From: an uncultured archaeon
GTDB lineage: Archaea; Iainarchaeota; Iainarchaeia; Iainarchaeales; 0-14-0-20-30-16
Direction of reading: 5' to 3'
DNA: 13,281 nucleotides
Assembly: GCA_964565125.1 (NCBI GenBank)
Contig: CAZMCX010000001.1
Span: forward strand, 19,655 to 32,935
The notes beneath the pieces were generated by a model, which searched no databases, was not told the origin of the DNA, and saw nothing but the letters and a program-made list of their open reading frames with translations. Of this stretch, positions 6,101 through 11,491 are shown piece by piece. A program made the translations under genes and the position numbers. How positions within the stretch are numbered: the first letter of the stretch is position 1; each line of letters starts with the position of its first letter.

Positions 6101-8276
6101 AATCTTTGCTTATTGTTGAAAACCCAATATATTCTCCGCCATGGCCTGTTCTTTTTATAACATAACCATCTGTGTCAAATATCCCCCTTATTAAAAACTT
6201 TAAGTCTTCTTTTGGAATAGCAGTTAACTTTGGGTGGATAAACATTGTATTCTTTGGAGTTCTATATCCTAATTTATATACTAAATTAGCAAAAACTTTA
6301 GAATTTATTCTTATTACTGGAACCCGTGCTTTCTGTAATTCAATCTTAACATCTTTTCCTAACTGCTTTTTTGATATGTTTGCTAAAGAATTAAGTAATA
6401 ATTTATTAGAGTTGCTAATTCTTACTACCCCTTGCCTATTATTTATAGAAACATCACCATCTCCATATACACATCCAAGTAGATAGAGTAGGTCTTTATT
6501 TAGTAATGGTACTTTTAGGTTCTTTCCATGCGAATTGAAAATAAATTCTATGTCTTTTTCTTTCAGAGAAAGGTTTAATAGATTCAACAGTTTTTCTAGT
6601 TTATTATATGGTACGCCCCTGTGATTCAGATTGTAATAAACTGTATTTTCATCGAAGTTGTATTTCTTTGCAAAAATTCTTTTTGTGCCAAATTTACTCT
6701 TGATTTTCTGATCTATTTCTCTTGCTTTTTTTGTGGTAAGTCTTATTTTGCTATTTTTTAAATCTAGTAAGTCAAGTAAAGAAAATCTATGTCCTTTATA
6801 AGCCAAAGTTCGTAGGCACACTAATAAATCGTCTTTTTTTAAATTACTTGCCCTTACATACTGTATCTTTTTATTTTTTGACACCAAGAGGGGGGTATTT
6901 TTTGTAGTAATTAGCTCTTGGCCATACTGGTCTAATATTTTTACTAATTCTTTTGCAGGTATTTTGTGGTATTCACGGATTTCCTTTTCTTCTGCTTTTT
7001 TTGTTTTTATGTTTAAAGTAATTGTTTTTGTTCCAGTTCCCTTTGCAGAATATATTCCATTATTTTTTACAAGGGTTTCCTGTTTGTTTTCAATTATATC
7101 TTTGATTTTGTGTAATTCTTTATTTTCAAATATATATGTATCTTTTCCAACACATAAACCTGCACCAGAAGCAGTTTTACCTACAACATATAGGCTTTTG
7201 GGGGCAACATTACTTGCATATAAAAGAAGTTTTGATTTTCCTACACCTGGGTCACCAATTAGTAAGATATGGATGTTCCCCCTTGTTTTTGAACCATCTT
7301 CCATTGTTTTTTTAACTCCCCCAAATAATTGTAAAGCAATTGATTCTTTGATTATATCATGGCCAAATATATTTGGGGCAATAGAATTAACTAAAATGTC
7401 ATAAATTTCTGGGTTTTCAGAATAGGCTCTTATTTGCTCTAGATTTTCTTCGTCTATTTCTATGTCTTCATAATCTTGCTTTGTTTCTTCTATGTCGAAG
7501 CACTCTAAATATCTTCCATAAACTGATTGCTTTTTCTGAGGTGGAACTAGCCGCATAACCCCAGTTACGATTATTCTGTCTCCGGCTCCCACCTTTCCAA
7601 CTAATGAGTCAGTAACCGAGACAACAAGGGTACTTGATTGTTCTCCACCCTTTAGAACTTCTAAAGGTTCCTGGATCTCCAATTTCTGATAATCAATAAA
7701 TACACTTTTGTTTTCTATTAGGCTTAGAAATTTGTGCCGACATTCTGGGCAGGCAGTAGGAGTTTCTATTTCGTGTTTAACATCAATGTTAAACTCGTAT
7801 CCACATCTTTTACAAAGCCAATGTGCAACTTTTAGCTTGGGCAGAATTGTGGTAAATTGCCTTACAATTCCTTCTACTCCAATTAAGCAGTCTATATCTT
7901 CTGCATTGATGTGTTTTATGAATATTTTATGCTCTTGAGGGAGGTTATAAATACTTATGGTGGGCTCAAGGTCTTTATTTTCGGCAAAAAGAGTTATTTT
8001 TTTATTTATGCAATATTTTATTGCATCTATACACTTGTCTGGGTTTTTTACTAGTTCATCAGCAAGATAAGGGTCATACTCTTCCAGGCTTTTAAAATCT
8101 ATTCTTAAAATTTTGTCTTTGTCATTTAACTTGTCTATTTCTTTACTATATTTTAGGTTTAAAAAATAATCAAATTTTTCTAGATGTGGATTTGTTATAG
8201 GTTCATTGAAGAAATCTTGCTCTTCTGATGTTTCTTGTTTTGTCGGCTTTTCTTCCTTCTTTTCTTCTTCAATCAT
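3141..8276 (-). CDS. mcm: MCM replicative helicase precursor containing two inteins (mature product about 713 aa)
   Basis: The motifs are a C4 zinc finger (CKRCGYEF...CPECRHKF), Walker A GDPGVGKS (7233-7256), Walker B MIDEFDKM, TVSIAKAGI, arginine-finger SRFDL and a C-terminal winged-helix region. The likely start is ATG 8276, with AGGTGA 5 nt upstream. The ORF-track start is GTG 8285, directly abutting the upstream TAG. Confidence 0.95.
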   Translation of the reverse strand: MIEEEKKEEKPTKQETSEEQDFFNEPITNPHLEKFDYFLNLKYSKEIDKLNDKDKILRIDFKSLEEYDPYLADELVKNPDKCIDAIKYCINKKITLFAENKDLEPTISIYNLPQEHKIFIKHINAEDIDCLIGVEGIVRQFTTILPKLKVAHWLCKRCGYEFNIDVKHEIETPTACPECRHKFLSLIENKSVFIDYQKLEIQEPLEVLKGGEQSSTLVVSVTDSLVGKVGAGDRIIVTGVMRLVPPQKKQSVYGRYLECFDIEETKQDYEDIEIDEENLEQIRAYSENPEIYDILVNSIAPNIFGHDIIKESIALQLFGGVKKTMEDGSKTRGNIHILLIGDPGVGKSKLLLYASNVAPKSLYVVGKTASGAGLCVGKDTYIFENKELHKIKDIIENKQETLVKNNGIYSAKGTGTKTITLNIKTKKAEEKEIREYHKIPAKELVKILDQYGQELITTKNTPLLVSKNKKIQYVRASNLKKDDLLVCLRTLAYKGHRFSLLDLLDLKNSKIRLTTKKAREIDQKIKSKFGTKRIFAKKYNFDENTVYYNLNHRGVPYNKLEKLLNLLNLSLKEKDIEFIFNSHGKNLKVPLLNKDLLYLLGCVYGDGDVSINNRQGVVRISNSNKLLLNSLANISKKQLGKDVKIELQKARVPVIRINSKVFANLVYKLGYRTPKNTMFIHPKLTAIPKEDLKFLIRGIFDTDGYVIKRTGHGGEYIGFSTISKDFATQVSLLLRRWGILSHISKKKRAGNINTIAGKTVIGQYEVTIYSQENLELFKKHIGFGINEKQEKFDLILKKYKHRTAKPPDKDLVFSTIKKISNVKDKWVYDFTIKDVHNFFANGFIAHNTASAVKDEFGEGGWTLKAGALVLASGGFAMIDEFDKMNPEDRSAMHEAMEQESYHKDFEIMFSDGSKEKIGDLVDSLINKNKSKVMKGIDCEILKVKDLSVITTNFKETFPIKVDRVSRHKAPNKFIEITYSNGRKITVTPNHPIFVLENNSFIEKPAESLKKGLFCPYTTLNNLEKTTVLLDNKNIVTSKKEITLPNTITPELGALLGYILTEGHCYLDKSNHYAEIGISNTDSKILSKMHDVFSKSFNVKLNINIQKPENRKNATKTLTTIRCCSLALYDFFEKNFGELVSKSTQKRIPKKLFACPEAIQNAFLSAAFEGDGFVDSGRFGFITASKLMAEDYQDLLLQLGIFSRIQTENRKEAKYYKIVITGFNSKNEFLKLVSKQDKRSIKIHKQIEKSSKISGQRELLPISILKQVNEIQKELKISKGYFVTPIRKGHNAEKKTILQALNKINKKLLLLKEKDFQSPRLFRTAFCIRLKTIAKEMNLSTSMITYIERNPNTKLYSTLNKKIREIGINKINKIEKEISQIENIINSKMSLVIIKAVKTLQNHDSEWVYDVTVEPTRTFITGGLILHNTVSIAKAGIVSNFKTETSILAAANPKYGRFDQYKTVPEQIDIPPTLMSRFDLFFSIKDLLDEKRDKETVMSILKGHKTGELLSKMKQTDLAKKDRDYLEKSSKPQIHPDLLKKYISYARTKISPVLSDKAMDRLGKFFIDLRKKSKDGRVTVTYRQLEALIRLSEASARVRLGQTVEIEDAERAIKLFRTSMEQVGMDPETGDMDIDIIATGQSHSQAVQMRNLLETIKDWCKEHDSIKLNELMTEAEARKIDKLKIQDYVSKLLRAGDVYEPKPLHYKPVFKE
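3996..5579 (-). mobile_element. MCM intein 2 (528 aa) with a LAGLIDADG homing-endonuclease domain
   Basis: The junctions are HEAMEQE|SYHKDFEIMFSDG...TGGLILHN|TVSIAKAGI. Block B is canonical (ITVTPNHPIF). The LAGLIDADG motifs are LGALLGYILTEGHCY and AFLSAAFEGDGFV, and the block F/G region is EWVYDVTVEPTRTFITGGLILHN. Excision restores HEAMEQETVSIAKAGI. Confidence 0.85.
5736..7154 (-). mobile_element. MCM intein 1 (473 aa) with a LAGLIDADG homing-endonuclease domain
   Basis: The junctions are GKTASGAGL|CVGKDTYIF...NFFANGFIAHN|TASAVKDEF. The LAGLIDADG motifs are LLYLLGCVYGDGDV and LKFLIRGIFDTDGYV, and the block F/G region is KWVYDFTIKDVHNFFANGFIAHN. Excision restores ASGAGLTASAVKDEF, which is typical of MCM. 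Confidence 0.9.
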
Positions 8277-8285
8277 CCAACTCAC

Positions 8286-8765
8286 CTATATTTTATGAAA
8301 TAAATCCTTCTTCTTTTCAAATATAAGCCCATCCTCTTTGAGAAGCTCTAAGATCCCTTTTATTATATCTTCATTTAGTTCTAATCCTTCGGCCAGTTGA
8401 TTTAAGGTCTGGGGGCTTTCAAGTAAAGAAATTATCTTATCTTTCATTTTTGTATAATATGTAGTACTAAAGAAATAAAATCTATTGTTAAATCCTTTAA
8501 TGCCTTTTACTTTTTCTTGCTCTATGTCTTCTTTTATACTATATGCAAACTTCGTTGCACTATTGCTGTCTTCAAAGATAAAAAAGCCTTTAGAATGGAT
8601 TTCGCTGTTACTAAACATGCCTTGGGAAGCTAACTTTTTCATTATCCAGAGTCCATCGATGTTTTGAATAGAATAAGATCCTTGCTCCATGTCTAAGTCT
8701 TTTGCCAAGAATTCATATCTATTTTGGGATATTTTCTTAAGAAATAGGCTAGTTTCTGAAACCAT
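8286..8765 (-). CDS. hypothetical protein with a C-terminal winged helix-turn-helix, first gene of the MCM operon
   Basis: A 159-aa ORF. The C-terminal KIISLLESPQTLNQLAEGLELNEDIIKGILELLKEDGLIFEKKKDLF reads as H1-H2-H3-wing. The TAG stop (8286-8288) sits inside the MCM ribosome-binding region. The gene appears leaderless, with a TATA box 21 nt upstream. Confidence 0.75.
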   Translation of the reverse strand: MVSETSLFLKKISQNRYEFLAKDLDMEQGSYSIQNIDGLWIMKKLASQGMFSNSEIHSKGFFIFEDSNSATKFAYSIKEDIEQEKVKGIKGFNNRFYFFSTTYYTKMKDKIISLLESPQTLNQLAEGLELNEDIIKGILELLKEDGLIFEKKKDLFHKI

Positions 8766-8786
8766 AACATAATATTGGTAAAAAGC

Positions 8787-8796
8787 TTTATATAAA
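8787..8796. promoter_or_regulatory. palindromic TATA box (TTTATATAAA), possibly shared by divergent genes
   Basis: It lies 21 nt from minus-strand ATG 8765 (leaderless geometry). It lies 40 nt from plus-strand ATG 8837, whose leader carries GGGGGA (8825-8830). Confidence 0.45.
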
Positions 8797-8836
8797 ATAA
8801 TGCTCTTTTATTATTAAACCAATTGGGGGATTTTTT

Positions 8837-9148
8837 ATGGATGAATTTGAATCAATGATTTTAAAGATGCAAAGAACCGGGGACTTAGACAAGGCAAGAT
8901 GGCTTGAAAGTATAGATAAAAAGATATCTCCAATGTTTAAGCAAAAGATAATTGCAAACGATAAGTCTGTTTTGAGAGAGCTTATTCTTCCTAGTTGGTT
9001 AACTTGGAATATATTAAGAACTTGGGCAATGAGGGGCGCAGAAACATCAAGATGTATATTTTGCCAAAAAGAGAAGGATGAAGGTATTTTATTTAAAGGT
9101 CACTTTGTTTGTAAAGACTGCGTAGAAGAGTTTGTAAAAAAGATATAA
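8837..9148 (+). CDS. small protein with a C-terminal CxxC...CxxC zinc ribbon, unknown function
   Basis: A 103-aa ORF with a GGGGGA SD site. The C-terminus is CIFCQKEKDEGILFKGHFVCKDC. Its stop overlaps the SD (AGGGGT) of the next gene. Confidence 0.7.
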   Translation: MDEFESMILKMQRTGDLDKARWLESIDKKISPMFKQKIIANDKSVLRELILPSWLTWNILRTWAMRGAETSRCIFCQKEKDEGILFKGHFVCKDCVEEFVKKI

Positions 9149-9158
9149 GGGGTATAAC

Positions 9159-10601
9159 ATGAAATTATATTTCCTAATATTTCTGTTTTTTTTTCTGTCG
9201 CCAGTATTTGGGCTTGCCCTTACTCCAAGTTTAGAACTTATTACTACTGCTCCAGAAACTACACCTTATCTGGTGGGGACGGAAATTAACACAATAAAAG
9301 TATTTTTTTCTGATGTAAATGGGTTAAACACTGCACCTTTTGACAAGATAATGGTTTTTTTGAAGGATAAAAAGATAGAATTATATAAGCTAGATGGTGT
9401 TTATGTGTCTAATCCTGATCTGTTCATAACTTCTGATCTTGTTTACGGTGGCAAATTAGATATTTCCCTTGGACAGAAAGCAGGTTATGAATTTTCTAAA
9501 CAAAAATTTAGCTTTGATGTAGAGGCAATAACTGATTATATTGATTTGATTAAACCAAAAATAAAAGATGTTTATAACTTTGGTCAGAAACTCTCTTTGG
9601 AATACTCTATAAATCCTTATAAAAAAGACCTGAAGAATTTGAAAATGTGGGTTTTAAAGCCAAGCATAGAAAATGGTCAATTTTCTTGTGATAACTTTGT
9701 ATGCAAACTTGACTTTGAAATACCAGCTTTAGACGCTAATAGTATGGATTTATTTATTTATGGGGTGTTTACCTATCACGGCAGGAATATTCCTTTTGTA
9801 GATCAGTATAATATTCTACTTAGCGATAAATTGAACATCCAGATAACAAACCCGGAAAAAGATGGAACTCTTAATAGTCCATTTTCTTTGAACTTTAAGG
9901 TTTTTTATGTAAATGGTGAAGAGTTTGTTAATGAGTATGGGAAATTTTTCTTTGATGGCAAGGAAGAGACTCTAAAAAAGGCAAAAGACTATTACTTTAT
10001 GAATTACTTTATGTTTCCATATCTTTCTTTTGATCATAACTTAGGATTTGTTTATGGAAAAAGTCAAGGAATACTTAACACCAATTTTGGCCTTAAACCC
10101 GGTCTTTGGTTTTACCTACTTGTTGGTTTCTTTGTATTTATATTTTTATTAGAGGCAATAATTCTTTTAGTAAAGAAGTTAAAAAAGGAAAATTTGAACG
10201 AACTTATTGGAAAAAGAGATGTTTACAAGAAGAAACAAAAAAACCTAAAAAAACAGTTCTTGGTGGGGGCAATTACAAAAGCCTATTTTGATTCTGAGAA
10301 TGAGAAAATAGAATATGTTCTGACTTATCTAAATAAGAAGATTCTTGAGCTGGAATCTCTTAATCCTGAAGAGCCAGAGCCAATTAGGAATAAGAGGTTC
10401 GTAGAACTGGAAAAAACTGTGACTGAGACTACAGAAGTAAAAGAAAAACCTGTGCAAGAGGTAGTAGAAAAGAAAGAATCTTTCTTTAAGAGGCTGTTTA
10501 AGAAGAAAGAGAAGAAGTTTGAGTATAAGCCGCCTAAGGAAGACAAAGAAGAAAAACAAGAATCTGGTGGAAAAATAAAGATTGAGAACTGGTACAAATG
10601 A
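9159..10601 (+). CDS. type-I membrane / surface protein (signal peptide, beta-rich ectodomain, one TM, K/E-rich cytoplasmic tail)
   Basis: The signal peptide is MKLYFLIFLFFFLSPVFGLA. The ectodomain of about 290 aa has three segments with similar starts (LELITTAPE.., IDLIKPKIKD.., LNIQITNPEKD..). The TM helix is LWFYLLVGFFVFIFLLEAIILLV (about aa 316-338). The 142-aa tail is lysine/glutamate-rich (10173-10598). Confidence 0.85.
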   Translation: MKLYFLIFLFFFLSPVFGLALTPSLELITTAPETTPYLVGTEINTIKVFFSDVNGLNTAPFDKIMVFLKDKKIELYKLDGVYVSNPDLFITSDLVYGGKLDISLGQKAGYEFSKQKFSFDVEAITDYIDLIKPKIKDVYNFGQKLSLEYSINPYKKDLKNLKMWVLKPSIENGQFSCDNFVCKLDFEIPALDANSMDLFIYGVFTYHGRNIPFVDQYNILLSDKLNIQITNPEKDGTLNSPFSLNFKVFYVNGEEFVNEYGKFFFDGKEETLKKAKDYYFMNYFMFPYLSFDHNLGFVYGKSQGILNTNFGLKPGLWFYLLVGFFVFIFLLEAIILLVKKLKKENLNELIGKRDVYKKKQKNLKKQFLVGAITKAYFDSENEKIEYVLTYLNKKILELESLNPEEPEPIRNKRFVELEKTVTETTEVKEKPVQEVVEKKESFFKRLFKKKEKKFEYKPPKEDKEEKQESGGKIKIENWYK

Positions 10602-10685
10602 GCCGGCCTTTTACAAAAGGCAAGAAGCTAGTTTGCTTAGCAAACTACTTCAGTAAGAAGCAATTTTACTTTGGAAAATTCTTCT

Positions 10686-10729
10686 GACCCTCAAACTTTT
10701 TTGTAAAAAACAAAAAAGCTTTGTTGGCC
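10686..10729 (+). repeat. hairpin element copy A
   Basis: The sequence is gaccct-CAAACTTTTTTG-taaaaaa-CAAAAAAG(c)TTTG-ttggcc. It has a 4-bp outer helix, a single bulged nucleotide on the 3' arm, and an 8-bp inner helix. Confidence 0.6.
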
Positions 10730-10767
10730 CCTGAAACTTTTTGCATAAGGCAAAAAGCTTTCTTGGC
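10729..10767 (+). repeat. hairpin element copy B (abuts copy A)
   Basis: The sequence is ccct-GAAACTTTTTGC-ataag-GCAAAAAG(c)TTTC-ttggc. The architecture matches copy A. The outer pair changes from C:G to G:C, and the inner helix changes in a compensatory way. Confidence 0.6.
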
Positions 10768-10924
10768 TTGGTAGGCCAAAAGTGTATGTTGGGCGATGCC
10801 CAAGCATACGTAATCTTTGACAGTTACTGCCTGGAATTATGGCGCAAAGGGAAAAGACAACTAAAACCAAAGCAAGGGCAACAAGATAAATGTTGTCATC
10901 CGATAAATAATGGAGAATGATTGA

Positions 10925-11122
10925 ATGGATATAAAAGGGTTTTTTAAGAAGTTAGTTCCGACTGTGGATAATGGCCAAGAAGAGCAGAAGAAGCCACAAC
11001 AGAAAGACCTAGAAGTATGTGCTTTATGTAATCAAGGAAATCCAGAGACTAAGTGGATGGGCCAGTATTGGCATAAGAATTGCCTAAGAAAAGCAAAGAA
11101 AATGGCCAAGAAAATGATTTAA
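10925..11122 (+). CDS. small zinc-ribbon protein (CxxC...HxxC), unknown function
   Basis: A 65-aa ORF. CALCNQGNPETKWMGQYWHKNC parallels the zinc module of the 103-aa protein. The C-terminus is basic. The SD is weak (GGAG, 9-nt spacer). The gene is short, so confidence is moderate. Confidence 0.55.
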   Translation: MDIKGFFKKLVPTVDNGQEEQKKPQQKDLEVCALCNQGNPETKWMGQYWHKNCLRKAKKMAKKMI

Positions 11123-11139
11123 AAAAGAAAATCATTTTC
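11110..11139 (+). other. perfect 11-bp stem-loop spanning the stop codon of the 65-aa gene
   Basis: GAAAATGATTT (11110-11120) pairs with AAATCATTTTC (11129-11139), with an 8-nt loop. The TAA stop at 11120-11122 sits at the stem/loop junction. Confidence 0.5.
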
Positions 11140-11141
11140 AG

Positions 11142-11184
11142 GACCCTCAAACAATTTCTCTGTCTTGAAATTGGTTTGTTGGCC
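11142..11184 (+). repeat. hairpin element copy C
   Basis: The sequence is gaccct-CAAACAATTTC-tctgtctt-GAAATTG(g)TTTG-ttggcc. The flanks and outer helix are identical to copy A. The inner helix has an entirely different sequence but still pairs. Confidence 0.6.
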
Positions 11185-11455
11185 AAAAAGATGATTTGAA
11201 GCGTTTTACTTGATTTTGAAGAAATGGTGGGCAAAGTTTCATTTGAAGTACCTTTGTCCTCATTGTCCTTATGAGAAAAGGCATACAAGAGATATATATC
11301 ATAATGGTACTTGCTGGTGGAATTCAGAATGGGAACAAGGAAAATATGACAACCTGCCACCATAGATGGGGTTTTGGAATTTCTTTAGATTGTATTTCCT
11401 TGGGAAAAGAATTCGTATATGTATAGACAACAAATACTATGAAGGATATAGATAT

Positions 11456-11470
11456 AAAAAACCAAAAAAA
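11456..11470 (-). terminator. oligo-T terminator (TTTTTTTGGTTTTTT on the minus strand) after the Tyr-rich gene
   Basis: A6-CC-A7 on the + strand lies 22-36 nt downstream of the TAG stop at 11492-11494. Confidence 0.45.
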
Positions 11471-11491
11471 TAAGAAAAGAGTTAGCTATTT

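Larger units (their letters stand above)
10606..10809 (+). other. array of seven consecutive stem-loops (candidate structured 3' UTR or ncRNA)
   Basis: Hand-folded hairpins lie at 10606-10621 (6 bp), 10629-10647 (8 bp), 10657-10684 (10 bp plus bulge), 10692-10723 (12 bp plus bulge), 10733-10762 (12 bp plus bulge), 10763-10779 (5 bp) and 10784-10809 (11 bp plus bulge). No credible ORF covers the region. Confidence 0.5.

Noticed and set aside
4363-7938. Six plus-strand ORFs (4363-4635, 5537-5749, 5590-5967, 6172-6486, 6964-7404, 7708-7938) lying antisense to mcm
   Set aside because: They lie entirely inside the strongly supported MCM/intein frame. Their translations are low-complexity (F/L/S/I-rich) with no motifs. 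They are typical shadow ORFs of an AT-rich gene.
3141-8285. Reading the 5.1-kb ORF as a fused or fragmented gene, a pseudogene, or three separate genes (helicase plus two endonucleases)
   Set aside because: The frame is uninterrupted. Both inserts have complete Hint splicing blocks (nucleophile at residue 1, terminal HN, Thr+1). Their removal restores contiguous MCM motifs. They are therefore inteins, not separate genes.
8485-8667. ORF 8485-8667 (+)
   Set aside because: It is antisense to the 159-aa gene that is coupled to mcm. Its composition is hydrophobic and low-complexity.
10106-10597. ORFs 10106-10291 (+), 10325-10597 (-) and 10329-10559 (-)
   Set aside because: They are alternate-frame or antisense products of the K/E-rich tail-coding region of the 480-aa gene. 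Purine-rich repeats generate long spurious frames.
10606-10809. A CRISPR array as an explanation for the repeated palindromic units
   Set aside because: The units are not identical, are not regularly spaced by unique spacers, and directly abut each other. Only three related copies exist, one of them 400 bp away. No cas genes other than a solo Cas4-like nuclease are present.
10839-10889. A 16-codon ORF (MAQREKTTKTKARATR) in the intergenic region
   Set aside because: It is too short and has no initiation signals, so it cannot be supported from sequence alone.
10602-10924. A tRNA, RNase P RNA, SRP RNA or C/D-box sRNA in the long intergenic region
   Set aside because: There is no cloverleaf with a T-arm GTTCRANNC-type motif, no RNase P CR-I (GAGGAAAGUCC-like) motif, and no proper box C (RUGAUGA) / box D (CUGA) pair. 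The nearest candidate, GATGATTTGA at about 11189-11198, does not fit.
11049-11363. 104-aa minus-strand ORF
   Set aside because: It overlaps the 65-aa plus-strand gene, the 11-bp stem-loop and hairpin copy C. It has no TATA box or SD, and the peptide is featureless.
11363-11365. TAG read-through or reassignment joining the two small frames at 11195-11473
   Set aside because: TAG is used as the apparent genuine stop of at least three confident genes in this window (the ends at 2392, 8286 and 11492), so reassignment is unlikely.
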